NCBI GenBank assembly: GCA_003169655.1
Contig: PNAZ01000154.1
Coordinates: forward strand, 17,478-81,477
Direction: 5' to 3'
Source: Chloroflexota bacterium
Lineage (GTDB): Bacteria > Chloroflexota > Limnocylindria > Limnocylindrales > CSP1-4
DNA: 64,000 nt
In this document: positions 1-8,961 of the stretch, one piece after another
How positions within the stretch are numbered: the stretch's first letter is position 1
Layout of the letters: the number at the start of each line of letters is the position of its first letter
Notes under the pieces: generated by a model
The model's database searches: none
What the model saw: the letters and a program-made list of their open reading frames with translations, nothing else
What the model was told of the DNA's origin: nothing
Position numbers and translations under genes: made by a program

Positions 1-2
1 TG

Positions 3-488
3 AACATGTACTCCCGGGCGATCATCGCCCACGACCCCAGCGAGGCGCGGTTCGGCATTCGCCAGCTCGAAGGGCCCGGGCGGAGGAATTCGTTCGGCTG
101 GGAGATCTGGCCGGCCGCCATCCATCGCCTCGTGCGTCGCGTCGACCGCGACTACGGGCATCCGGCCCTGTACATCACCGAGAACGGCTGCGCCGATGCG
201 ACCGGCCCAGGCCCCGATGGGCGAGTCCACGACGCGAGCCGGGTGGACTACCTGGCCAGGCACATCGGCCAGGTCGCCAGGGCGATCGACGACGGCTGCG
301 ACATCCGCGGCTACTTCGCCTGGTCCCTGCTCGATAACTTCGAGTGGGCGGCGGGGTACAGCCAGCGCTTCGGGATCGTGTGGGTCGATTTCGAGGACGG
401 CCGGCGTCGGCTGATCAAGGACAGCGGGTGGTGGCTGCGGGATCTCGTCGCCGGGGCTCCCCTCGACTACGACGACGCCCTCGACTGA
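3..488 (+). CDS. GH1 beta-glucosidase, C-terminal fragment; the 5' end lies outside the window
   Basis: The translation contains the GH1 catalytic-nucleophile motif YITENG and a C-terminal 'FAWSLLDNFEWAAGY' block. The ORF is open to the window edge. Confidence 0.8.
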   Translation, partial: NMYSRAIIAHDPSEARFGIRQLEGPGRRNSFGWEIWPAAIHRLVRRVDRDYGHPALYITENGCADATGPGPDGRVHDASRVDYLARHIGQVARAIDDGCDIRGYFAWSLLDNFEWAAGYSQRFGIVWVDFEDGRRRLIKDSGWWLRDLVAGAPLDYDDALD

Positions 489-497
489 GCGCGGCGA

Positions 498-3296
498 CTA
501 CTCGGAAACGGCGAGGGCCACCGCGTCAGCCGCGGTCAGGCCGCGGCCCGTCGCCCAGGCATCGTCCAGCGCCGCCGCGTCGAGGAGCCCACGCAGGCGA
601 GCCACCTCCGCGTCGTACTCCCCGCGCTCGTCGACGGTCATCGGGTCCCCGGACGCTTCGCGCAGGGCTTCGGCAGCCCCTAGCAGCTTGGCGGCCCTCG
701 TGCCGCCACCCCTGGCGATCGCGGTGAAGGCCAGCGTTTCGAGCTGGTTGGCCACGGCACCGCGGTTGCCGGTGCGCTGCCAGCCCACGATCGTCTGGCG
801 GTACTCGGCGTCGGCCTCGTCGAGGGCGCCGGCGCGGCGAAGCGAGTGGGCGAGCTCGCTCCGGGAGGACATCGTGAAGCGGGCGTCGCCAATCGTGCCG
901 TACAGCGCGGCTGCGTCGCGGAACCAGCGCTGGGCCTCGACGTGGCGGCCTGCCCGGCTCGCGACGCGGCCGCGCATCTGGAGGGTCCCGGCGATCGCGG
1001 ACGGATTGCCCGACCGGCCGGCGGCTGCCGCCGCACGCTCGAGCGATGCCTCCGCGCCGTCCGGGTCATCCCGGGCATCGATCATCGCCAGGCCCGTCAG
1101 GACCGTGGACTGGCGGCCTGGGTCATCGAGATCGGTCGCGAGCTGGAGCGCCTCGATGCCGGCGGCCCGGAGCTCGGCGGGGTTCCGTCCGCCCCGGGTC
1201 ATCATCTCGGTCTGCATCCCCAGGACCAGGGCATCGGCGATGGCGGCCCGATCGCCCGAGGCGCGGGCGCTCGCGATCGTGTCATCCCCGAGGGAGCCGA
1301 CGGCGCCCCAGCCCGCGAAGCCGGACATGTTGAACGAGGCGACCATGACCCGCGCCGCGAGCAAGGCCCGCTCGGCCTCCGGCATCGGCGACGGCATCGA
1401 GCGCCAGCGTCGAAGGGCCTCGAGCACCTCCCGCATCCGGTCGACGCCTTCCGAGCCAAGGCCGCGCGATCGCCAGTACGCGCCGAGGGTCACGTACATC
1501 CCGAGCGCCACCGGCACGTCGGTCTCGTATGCCCAGTCCAGCGCGGTCCGAAGGTTGTCGAGATCGGCCTCGATGCGGCCCAGCCACGGGACCATGTCCG
1601 GACCGGCGATGCCCGCCTCTGCGTCGGCCGCCAGGCGTCGGAATCGGGCGAGGTGCCGGGTCCGTCGATCGGCTGCCTCGCCGCTGGCGACGAGCCGATC
1701 GTTCGCGTACTGGCGGATCGTCTCGAGCATCCCGTAGCGGGTGGTGTCGCCATGCGTGACCACCACCAGGGAGCGGCCGACGAGGCGGCTCAGCCCGTCG
1801 AGGGTCTCGAGGCGGGACGCCCCAACCGGCGGCGCGGCAGGATCGTCCGCATCGCCGGCCACGCCTGCCGCAGCCTCCAGCGACCAGCCGCCGGTGAACA
1901 CCGACAGCCGGCGTAGGAGTTGCTGGTCGGCTTCGGTCAGGAGGTCCCAGCTCCAGTCGATCAGCGCCTGGAGGGTCTGCTGCCGGGGCACGGCAGTCCG
2001 CCGACCGCCGGTCAGGAGGCGGAAGCGGTCGCCCAGCCCCTGCGCGATCTCGGCGGCCGACATGACGTTGGCCCGCGCAGCGGCGAGCTCCAGGGCCAGC
2101 GGGATGCCGTCGAGCCGCCGGCAGATCTCGACCACGCTGGCGGCATTCGACTCGTCGAGCCGGAACGATGGCAGGGTCGTCGTGGCCCGCTCGACGAACA
2201 GGCTCACGGCCTCGGTCGCCGCGATCGCCTCCAGATCGACGTGGTCGAGGGTCTCGGGCAGCGCCAGCGACGGCACCGGGTACGCCGCCTCGCCAGGGAC
2301 CCCCAGCGCCTCGCGGCTGGTCGCCAGCACGTGCAGCGTGCGGCAGCTCGCGAGGAGGTGCTCGACGAGGTCGGCGGCCGCTTCGATCAGGTGCTCGCAA
2401 TTGTCGAGCAGGAGGAGCAGGTCCTTGCTGCGCAGGAAGTCAGTCACCGCTGCGATCGCCGGTTGTGCCGGGGCGACCTGGACGCCCAGCGCCCGGGCCA
2501 CCTCCGAGGCGACGAGATCGGGCTCGCGGAGCGGGGCGAGCTCAATCAGCCAGGCCCCGTCGACGTGCTGGCCCGACAGCTCGTCCGCGACGTGGAGCAT
2601 GAGCCGCGTCTTACCCGTCCCGCCAACCCCGACGAGCGTCACGAACCGGTGGGCGCCGAGGAGGTCGCGGATCTCGGCCGCCTCACGGCTACGCCCGATG
2701 AACGTGGTCAGGTCAGCGGGCAGGTTGGTCGGCGCCGCACCGGAGCGGAGCGCCGGGAAGGCGTCAATGAGGCCGGGTGCCGCCAGCTGGTAGACGTGCT
2801 CGGCGCGGGCGAGGTCTTTGAGGTGGTGCTCGCCCCGGTCCACCAGCGTCGCTCCGGCCGGCAGGTCGTCGGCCACCAGTGCCGCGGCCGCCGCCGACAC
2901 GAGGACCTGTCCGCCGTGGCCGATCGCGAGCACCCGGGCCACCCGGTTGACCGACGGCCCGAAGTAGTCGTCGTGGCGATGCTCGGCGTCCCCGGCGTGG
3001 ATCGCCATCCTGACGAGAAGCGGTGTCGTGGTTGGCCAAGGGTGGTCCTGGAGCGCTCGCTGTCCCGCGACCGCCGCCCGCACCGCCGCCCCGGGGCGCT
3101 CGAACGCCGCGAGCAGCCCGTCGCCGGTCGTCTTGAAGACCGTCCCGCCGGCCTCCTCGACGGCCGCCCGAAGCAAGGCGTCGTGCGATGCCAGGGCGAC
3201 GACCATCGCCTCGCGCTGCTCCTCCCAGAGGCGCGTGCTTCCCGCGATGTCGGTCATTAGGAAGGTCGCGGTGTGGGTTTCCCCGGGCTGGGTCAC
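498..3296 (-). CDS. Class III adenylate/guanylate cyclase domain + NB-ARC/AAA+ ATPase (P-loop GVGGTGKT) + TPR-like C-terminal region; STAND-type signalling protein with no HTH seen
   Basis: The N-terminus reads 'FLMTDIAGSTRLWEE...TTGDGLLAAF' (cyclase homology domain), followed by a Walker A motif and a long helical repeat region. The ORF-table start at 3539 reads through the tRNA gene. I set the start at the GTG at 3294-3296, which has AAGGCGGG about 10 nt upstream. Confidence 0.7.
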   Translation of the reverse strand: MTQPGETHTATFLMTDIAGSTRLWEEQREAMVVALASHDALLRAAVEEAGGTVFKTTGDGLLAAFERPGAAVRAAVAGQRALQDHPWPTTTPLLVRMAIHAGDAEHRHDDYFGPSVNRVARVLAIGHGGQVLVSAAAAALVADDLPAGATLVDRGEHHLKDLARAEHVYQLAAPGLIDAFPALRSGAAPTNLPADLTTFIGRSREAAEIRDLLGAHRFVTLVGVGGTGKTRLMLHVADELSGQHVDGAWLIELAPLREPDLVASEVARALGVQVAPAQPAIAAVTDFLRSKDLLLLLDNCEHLIEAAADLVEHLLASCRTLHVLATSREALGVPGEAAYPVPSLALPETLDHVDLEAIAATEAVSLFVERATTTLPSFRLDESNAASVVEICRRLDGIPLALELAAARANVMSAAEIAQGLGDRFRLLTGGRRTAVPRQQTLQALIDWSWDLLTEADQQLLRRLSVFTGGWSLEAAAGVAGDADDPAAPPVGASRLETLDGLSRLVGRSLVVVTHGDTTRYGMLETIRQYANDRLVASGEAADRRTRHLARFRRLAADAEAGIAGPDMVPWLGRIEADLDNLRTALDWAYETDVPVALGMYVTLGAYWRSRGLGSEGVDRMREVLEALRRWRSMPSPMPEAERALLAARVMVASFNMSGFAGWGAVGSLGDDTIASARASGDRAAIADALVLGMQTEMMTRGGRNPAELRAAGIEALQLATDLDDPGRQSTVLTGLAMIDARDDPDGAEASLERAAAAAGRSGNPSAIAGTLQMRGRVASRAGRHVEAQRWFRDAAALYGTIGDARFTMSSRSELAHSLRRAGALDEADAEYRQTIVGWQRTGNRGAVANQLETLAFTAIARGGGTRAAKLLGAAEALREASGDPMTVDERGEYDAEVARLRGLLDAAALDDAWATGRGLTAADAVALAVSE

Positions 3297-3330
3297 GGGG
3301 GCAGCGTACCCGCCTTGCGCGAGGAAGAAG

Positions 3331-3406
3331 TGGAGCGGGAGACGGGATTCGAACCCGCGACATTCTGCTTGGGAAGCAGACACTCTGCCAGCTGAGTTAC
3401 TCCCGC
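3331..3406 (-). tRNA. tRNA-Gly (anticodon CCC) with encoded CCA
   Basis: The reverse complement is GCGGGAGTAACTCAGCTGGCAGAGTGTCTGCTTCCCAAGCAGAATGTCGCGGGTTCGAATCCCGTCTCCCGCTCCA. It has a 7-bp acceptor stem, a TTCCCAA anticodon loop and a GGTTCGAATCC T-arm. Confidence 0.85.
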
Positions 3407-3734
3407 TCGGGAGAAGGCGATTGTACCAATCGTGCGCGTACTCCAGACATGAAGCCGCCGGGACGTGTCCCTCCTTCGACCCGGATCCCACCGCCCGGGC
3501 TCGTGGCAGTATCGATCCCGATCGACCGCGCCGCCTCATCCTCCACTCGAGACGACGATCTGGCGACGTTCCTTCGAATGGGAACCTACTGGCAACCTAC
3601 GTCGGAGCGCTCCGATGAATCGGAATGCGGACGCGTCGAAACGAGACTCGATAGAGTAGACACGGTCGCAGCCGCCCTGACTTCTGCGGTCGTCTCCGCA
3701 AGGTCGGGGCGTGATGCCGGAAGGCTTAAAGTCC

Positions 3735-4871
3735 ATGCCGACACATCCGAAGAAGAAGGCTGCGACCGTCCGCGACGTTGCGAAGGCCGCCAGCGTCGGG
3801 TTCGCCACAGCTGCCAGGACGCTCGGAGGTTACGGTTCGGTCAGCCCTGAGGTCCGGGGACGAGTGCTACTGGCGGCGGCCACTCTTGGGTATCGCCCGA
3901 ACCGCCTCGCCCGAAGCATGGCCACGGGGACGTCTCGCACGCTGGGCGTCGTCGTCGCCGATATCGAGAACCAGTTCTTCGCCCGAATCGTCCGCGGGAT
4001 CAGCGATGTGGCCCGGCCAGCCGGTTTCGAAGTCATTCTTGTGAACAGCGACGAGAAAGCCAACGAAGAACGCGTCGCCGTGCGCATGCTGGCGGAGAAA
4101 CAGGTCGATGGAATCATTGTGGCGCCCGCTGCGGTCAACGACTTCGGCCACCTGTCGGAACTGCAGGACTCTGGCCTACCGATCGTCCTGCTCGATCGGA
4201 ACATCCCCCAGTTGGCGGCCGACGCCGTAGTTATCGACGGCATGAATGCCGCTGAGGAAGCTACCGACCACCTAATCGCCCTTGGTCACCGGCGAATCGC
4301 CATTGTGACTGACGTTCTGTCGGAGACGCCGATACCTAGAGACTTTCGCCCGCCGGCCTCGGTCGCGACTGCGGGTATTCGGCTGGCTGGATTCCTCAAG
4401 GCCCTTCACCGGGCTGGATTGGCGGTGGATGAACTATTGGTGCGCCGCGCGAGCCCGACAATCGCCGGCGCCTACTCCGAGGCAGGCGCATTGATGGATC
4501 TGACGAGTCCGCCAACCGCGATCTTCACCACGGACAACGTCATGACCCTGGGGGCATTCGAGGCGCTGCAGGATCGAGAGATCCGAATACCCCAGGACCT
4601 CTCGTTCTTCGGTTTCGATGATCTCGATTGGACCAGAATCGTCCATCCCCCCCTTTCTGTTGTCGCGCAACCGGTTTACGAGTTAGGGGCGACGGCCGCT
4701 CAGACACTGCTCGGCCGCATTGAGGGGCGCGCCGGTTCCGCGCAGGTGCGAGTGTTACCGACACAGCTTGTCCATCGAGGCTCGACGCGGCAGGTTTCGA
4801 ATGGCCACAGACGAGCCAAATCGATCAACCGCGTGCCTGTCCCACCGGGAGAAATCCGCCCGCAGACCTAA
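3735..4871 (+). CDS. LacI family transcriptional regulator
   Basis: The N-terminal HTH 'ATVRDVAKAASVGFATAARTL' is followed by a periplasmic-binding-protein-like sugar-binding core. I preferred the ATG at 3735 over 3711. Confidence 0.8.
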   Translation: MPTHPKKKAATVRDVAKAASVGFATAARTLGGYGSVSPEVRGRVLLAAATLGYRPNRLARSMATGTSRTLGVVVADIENQFFARIVRGISDVARPAGFEVILVNSDEKANEERVAVRMLAEKQVDGIIVAPAAVNDFGHLSELQDSGLPIVLLDRNIPQLAADAVVIDGMNAAEEATDHLIALGHRRIAIVTDVLSETPIPRDFRPPASVATAGIRLAGFLKALHRAGLAVDELLVRRASPTIAGAYSEAGALMDLTSPPTAIFTTDNVMTLGAFEALQDREIRIPQDLSFFGFDDLDWTRIVHPPLSVVAQPVYELGATAAQTLLGRIEGRAGSAQVRVLPTQLVHRGSTRQVSNGHRRAKSINRVPVPPGEIRPQT

Positions 4872-4940
4872 ACCGTGGACCTCCGGGTAGCACGCCGAGG
4901 ATTTCATCCCAACGGCGAGAAACACGCACGACGGATGCCC

Positions 4941-4946
4941 TTGACA
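4941..4946 (+). promoter_or_regulatory. TTGACA -35-like hexamer upstream of the kinase/ABC operon
   Basis: There is an exact TTGACA 30 bp upstream of the operator palindrome. No good -10 could be assigned. Confidence 0.3.
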
Positions 4947-4975
4947 GGCCCGTTTCCGAGTGCGATCCTGCGCGC

Positions 4976-4989
4976 TGATAGCGCTATCA
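4976..4989 (+). promoter_or_regulatory. LacI-family operator: perfect 14-bp palindrome TGATAGCGCTATCA
   Basis: The site is exactly self-complementary and fits the LacI/GalR consensus TGnnAnCGnTnnCA. It sits between the LacI gene and the first gene of the sugar operon, about 50 bp before that gene's start. Confidence 0.7.
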
Positions 4990-5037
4990 CTGTCTTTCGC
5001 GTCGCACAGCTTGAACGACACCGGATCGAGGTTGGCG

Positions 5038-5871
5038 GTGGCTCGGGTGACCAGTATCGGGGATGCCTGCATCGACATATATGACGGGTGGCCGCCGAGA
5101 ACCGCGGTCGGCGGGAATGCCCTGAATGTAGCCATCCATCTCGCCAGCCGGGGTTTTGAGTCCGAATACATTGGAGCGGTCGGCGACGATGCAGAGGGCG
5201 TTCGCGTGCAACAGACCTTGGCAGCGGCCCAGGTTCGCGGAGACCACGTGCATGTGGTTCCCGGCCGCACGTGGGTCGTGCATATCGCCCTCCGCACAGA
5301 TGGAATAGCAACCGTTGTGCGAGAGGACGCGGGCGGTACTGGACCATATATGCCCGAGCCGACCGAGCTGGACTACGCTGCGGGGTCCGACCACGTCCAC
5401 ATGGCCAATCTCGCCGACCCGTATCGGACGACGCAGGCCCTGCGCAGCCGGGGGATCTCAACCTCGTACGATCATGGAGTGCTTGATGCCGGCCGCCGAC
5501 CGGTGGCCGCGAGCGTCGCCTTCGTGTCGTGCGGGGACCCGGTCGGTCTGGACCACGGCAAGGAGATTGCCCGCCGCGTCGTCGAGGGCGGAGCCGAACT
5601 GGCCGTAGTGACCCTAGGCGCAAAAGGTAGCGTCGCATTCGACGGGCAACGGGTGATCGTCGTCCCTGCGCATCCCATCCGCGCCGTTGACACGCTCGGC
5701 GCTGGGGACAGCTATATCGGAACGTTCCTGGCTGGTCGCTTGCGTGGGGACAGCGTCGAGACGGCGATGCAGTCTGCGACAGAGGCTGCCTCGGCGACCT
5801 GTCTTCATTGGGCGGCTTGGCCTCAATCGCCCGAAGCCATCGCGATTTCTGGACTCGTCCATGACATCTGA
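5038..5871 (+). CDS. PfkB-family carbohydrate kinase (ribokinase/fructokinase-like)
   Basis: The N-terminus is 'IGDACIDIY' and the C-terminus carries the 'DTLGAGD' anion-hole motif. I chose the GTG at 5038 (GAGG 7 nt upstream) because the ORF-table start at 4960 would overlap the operator. Confidence 0.75.
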   Translation: MARVTSIGDACIDIYDGWPPRTAVGGNALNVAIHLASRGFESEYIGAVGDDAEGVRVQQTLAAAQVRGDHVHVVPGRTWVVHIALRTDGIATVVREDAGGTGPYMPEPTELDYAAGSDHVHMANLADPYRTTQALRSRGISTSYDHGVLDAGRRPVAASVAFVSCGDPVGLDHGKEIARRVVEGGAELAVVTLGAKGSVAFDGQRVIVVPAHPIRAVDTLGAGDSYIGTFLAGRLRGDSVETAMQSATEAASATCLHWAAWPQSPEAIAISGLVHDI

Positions 5872-6661
5872 ATGGCAGTCCGAGCCGCGGCCGCTCCTGC
5901 TGAATGCGATCGGGCTCCGCAAGGACTACGGGCACGTACGCGCTCTAGATGGGGTCGACTTCGACCTGCGACCTCGGGAGATCCATGCCCTTTTCGGGGA
6001 CAACGGTGCGGGGAAGTCGACGCTGATCAAGATCATTGCCGGCGCCGTTCAACCCGATAGCGGGATCCTGGAGATTGACGGCCGCGAGGTCACCTTCTCA
6101 AGCCCACACGATGCCCGGGCCGCCGGTATCGAGACGGTCTACCAAGACCTGGCCCTGGCGGATCCCCTGAACGCGGCTGAGAACGTCTTCCTCGGGCGTG
6201 AACTCTGCTACCCAGGGATATTGGGACGCCTCGGGTTCGTCGATAGGCGTGCGATGCATGCCATGACGGCCGCCAACCTGCGGGACCTAGGGGTAAATAT
6301 CCCATCGCTGACCGTTCCCGTGGAGACTTTCTCTGGTGGTCAGCGACAGGCAGTCGCTGTCGTTCGGGCCGCGGTATGGGGCCAGCGTTTCCTGATCATG
6401 GATGAGCCCGTGGCAGCCCTGGGCGTACAGCAGACGACTCACGTCCTCGACCTGATGCAACGGACTCGCGATGAGAAGGGACTGTCGGTCATCCTCATCT
6501 CCCACAACCTGACTGAAGTCTTGCGGGTCGCAGATCGCGTGACCGTCTTGAGGTTGGGCAGGCGAGTCGGAACGATCGCTGCCAAGGACGCGACCGCGAC
6601 ACTGCTCGTAGGAGCGATGACCGGCGCGCTGAACATGTTGGGTGAGGCGGCAACGTTGTGA
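5861..6661 (+). CDS. Sugar ABC transporter ATP-binding protein with a single NBD
   Basis: It has Walker A 'GDNGAGKST', the signature 'FSGGQRQ' and Walker B 'LIMDEP'. The ATG at 5861 overlaps the kinase stop by 11 nt. Confidence 0.85.
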   Translation: MTSEWQSEPRPLLLNAIGLRKDYGHVRALDGVDFDLRPREIHALFGDNGAGKSTLIKIIAGAVQPDSGILEIDGREVTFSSPHDARAAGIETVYQDLALADPLNAAENVFLGRELCYPGILGRLGFVDRRAMHAMTAANLRDLGVNIPSLTVPVETFSGGQRQAVAVVRAAVWGQRFLIMDEPVAALGVQQTTHVLDLMQRTRDEKGLSVILISHNLTEVLRVADRVTVLRLGRRVGTIAAKDATATLLVGAMTGALNMLGEAATL

Positions 6662-7731
6662 CGGCCGTCCGAGCGGCAACACGTTGGATCTCATCGGGCG
6701 TGATGAGTCGTGCACGGGATCTCGCCAGCCTGTGGATCGTCGTGATCCTGCTCGGCATGATCGTGCTATTCACAATCCTGTGTCCCCCCGACACATTCCT
6801 CTCGTTCGCAAACTTCCGTAGCATCACGATTGATACGTCGGAGATTCTCCTGCTGGCCGCGGGCCAGACGCTCGTACTGATTGCCGCGGGGATCGACCTT
6901 TCGGTCGGTTCATTGGTGATCTTCTGCGCAGTGATCTCCGCTGAAGTTCTGGGCGCATTCTCTGGTTCAGCAAGCCAGGGCTACCCGAACGTCCTGCTCG
7001 GCGTCGCGGTTGCCACCGGTGCGTCTCTGGCGGCCGGGGCTGCATGGGGATTCATAAACGGTTGGGCAACCGTCACGTTGAAGGTTCCCCCGTTCATTGT
7101 GACCTTAGGTACGCTGTGGATGGCCTTGGGCCTCGCCCAGGTGATCAGCGGCGGAATTAATGTCGCTACCGTGCCGCCGCAGTTACAAGACATCTTCGTA
7201 TTTGGAGGGTTGCTCGGCATCGTGCCGTGGCCGGACGTCATCGCGGCGATCGGTGTGGCCATACTTTGGATCGTCCTCTCCCGCACCCGATTCGGACTCC
7301 GGACCTACGCGCTTGGCGCGAACGCGGAGTCACTCCGCCGAGCCGGAGTCAACGTAAGCCGACACACGATCCTGATCTACACAATCATGGGAGTACTCTG
7401 CGGGGTCGTCGGGATCATGGATGTGGCGCGCTTTTCCACCGCGTCCTTGTCGGCCCATCAACTCGACAACCTAAATGCTATCGCGGCCGTCGTCATCGGC
7501 GGGACAAGTCTGTTCGGCGGCCGAGGTCACATGAGTGGCACCGTGGTCGGCGCCTTCATTCCTGCCGTGCTCCGCAACGGCTTCGTCATTCTGGGCGTTC
7601 AACCCTTCTGGCAAAACGTGGTGGTCGGGGCATTCCTCATCCTGGCGGTGTACATCGACCAGGTACGTCGCGGCGGCGTGCCCGTCTGGCGAAGGAAGCG
7701 ATCAGCAAAGGAGGGTGAGCAGCGCGCTTGA
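6658..7731 (+). CDS. Sugar ABC transporter permease (RbsC/branched-chain type)
   Basis: The protein is a multi-TM hydrophobic sequence with the family pattern 'AAGIDLSVGS'. Its GTG start overlaps the upstream TGA. Confidence 0.8.
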   Translation: MTAVRAATRWISSGVMSRARDLASLWIVVILLGMIVLFTILCPPDTFLSFANFRSITIDTSEILLLAAGQTLVLIAAGIDLSVGSLVIFCAVISAEVLGAFSGSASQGYPNVLLGVAVATGASLAAGAAWGFINGWATVTLKVPPFIVTLGTLWMALGLAQVISGGINVATVPPQLQDIFVFGGLLGIVPWPDVIAAIGVAILWIVLSRTRFGLRTYALGANAESLRRAGVNVSRHTILIYTIMGVLCGVVGIMDVARFSTASLSAHQLDNLNAIAAVVIGGTSLFGGRGHMSGTVVGAFIPAVLRNGFVILGVQPFWQNVVVGAFLILAVYIDQVRRGGVPVWRRKRSAKEGEQRA

Positions 7732-7786
7732 GACTTCTGATCCATCTCTTGACAGCGAAAGCGAGAAGTATTTTGGAGGAGAGACA

Positions 7787-8875
7787 GTGACAAGATCAAT
7801 TTCGGTGGGCCGTCGAGGAGCTCCGCTCGTGGTGCTTGCCGCGGGCCTCCTCGTCGCAGCCTGCACAAGTACAGGCACGGCTACGCCATCAGCTTCTGAG
7901 GCGCCCGCATCGGCCACCGTGCCTGCATCGGCCACACCGATAGCGACGCCGACGACCAGCAACGGTCCTTCAGCGAGCGCCCCGATCACCGCAAACAGCA
8001 ACTACAAGATTACCTTGATCGTAGGCCAGAACAACGATCCATTCTTCGTCACAATGGCCAATGGCGCCACGGCTGAAGCCAAGGCTCTCGGTGTGACCTT
8101 GACCTGGCAAGGCCCGGCGAACTACGACCCAAGCGTGCAGATCCCCATCGTGGACGCCGTCCTGGCCGCGAAGCCGCAGTTCTTGATCGTCGCGCCAACG
8201 GACGGAACGGCCCTCATCGCCCCGCTGAAGCAGTTCGGTTCGGCCGGCATCCCTGTGCTGACTGTTGACTCTGATGTCACCGACACGAGCGTTCGGATCG
8301 GCAATATCACCTCAAACAACAACTACGGCGGTCAAGTCGCCGCGCAACAAATCGCCACGCTCGTGAACAACACCGGCAACGTGTTCATGCTATGTGATCC
8401 GCCTGGAACCTCGACCACCACGGATCGTGCGAATGGGTTTGAGGCAACCATCAAGACGGTTTCAGGCATCACCTACGTCGGTAGGCAGAACTACAACGCT
8501 ACCGACGCATCGGATGCGACCCGCGTCATGGACGCCGAACTCGCCGCCCAGCCCAATCTGGCTGGGGTGTTTGCGTGCGATGGGAATGCCGGCCTCGGCG
8601 CGGCAACCGCCATCAAGAGCGCGGGCAAGTCGGGTCAGATCAAGTTAGTCTCCTTCGACGTGAGCCCCGATCTCGTGGCCCAGTTGCAGGGCGGCACCAT
8701 CAGTGGCCTGATAATCCAGCGATCTGCTGACATCGGGGCGCTAGCGGTCGACGACGCGGTGCGATACCTCAACGGCGACCACAACGTTGCGCCGGAGACG
8801 CTGTTGACGACCATCGTCGGGACTGCGGCCAACATCGAGACACCAGACGTCCAGAAGTACATCTATGCGCCGTAG
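7787..8875 (+). CDS. Sugar ABC transporter substrate-binding lipoprotein (RbsB-like periplasmic binding protein)
   Basis: The GTG at 7787 follows GGAGGAG. The signal peptide ends in the lipobox LVAAC, an Ala/Thr/Pro/Ser-rich linker follows, and then a type I binding-protein fold. Confidence 0.8.
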   Translation: MTRSISVGRRGAPLVVLAAGLLVAACTSTGTATPSASEAPASATVPASATPIATPTTSNGPSASAPITANSNYKITLIVGQNNDPFFVTMANGATAEAKALGVTLTWQGPANYDPSVQIPIVDAVLAAKPQFLIVAPTDGTALIAPLKQFGSAGIPVLTVDSDVTDTSVRIGNITSNNNYGGQVAAQQIATLVNNTGNVFMLCDPPGTSTTTDRANGFEATIKTVSGITYVGRQNYNATDASDATRVMDAELAAQPNLAGVFACDGNAGLGAATAIKSAGKSGQIKLVSFDVSPDLVAQLQGGTISGLIIQRSADIGALAVDDAVRYLNGDHNVAPETLLTTIVGTAANIETPDVQKYIYAP

Positions 8876-8920
8876 ACCGGAGGGGACTCCGGCTGAGTAG
8901 CGCTGCACCTAATTAGCGGT

Positions 8921-8944
8921 CAGGGCGCCCGCGCGGGCGCCCTG
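8921..8944 (+). terminator. GC-rich perfect hairpin CAGGGCGCCCG-CG-CGGGCGCCCTG after the solute-binding-protein gene
   Basis: It has 11-nt perfectly complementary arms 46 nt downstream of the stop. There is no U-tract, which is the actinobacterial I-shaped type. Confidence 0.45.
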
Positions 8945-8961
8945 ACACCTCGGAGGACTTC

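Noticed and set aside
1282-2400. Many long ORFs antisense to or overlapping real genes (for example 1282..2400-, 4904..5935-, 8974..10113-, 20006..20836+, 29643..30386+, 35241..35855+, 41585..42265-, 49559..50320+)
   Set aside because: These are high-GC artefacts. Their translations are Arg/Pro/Ala/Gly-rich, lack domains, and each overlaps a well-supported gene on the other strand.
3297-3539. An N-terminal extension of the cyclase/STAND ORF back to 3539
   Set aside because: It is translated straight through the tRNA-Gly gene ('AECRGFESRLPL' is the tRNA read as protein). The start was moved to the GTG at 3296.
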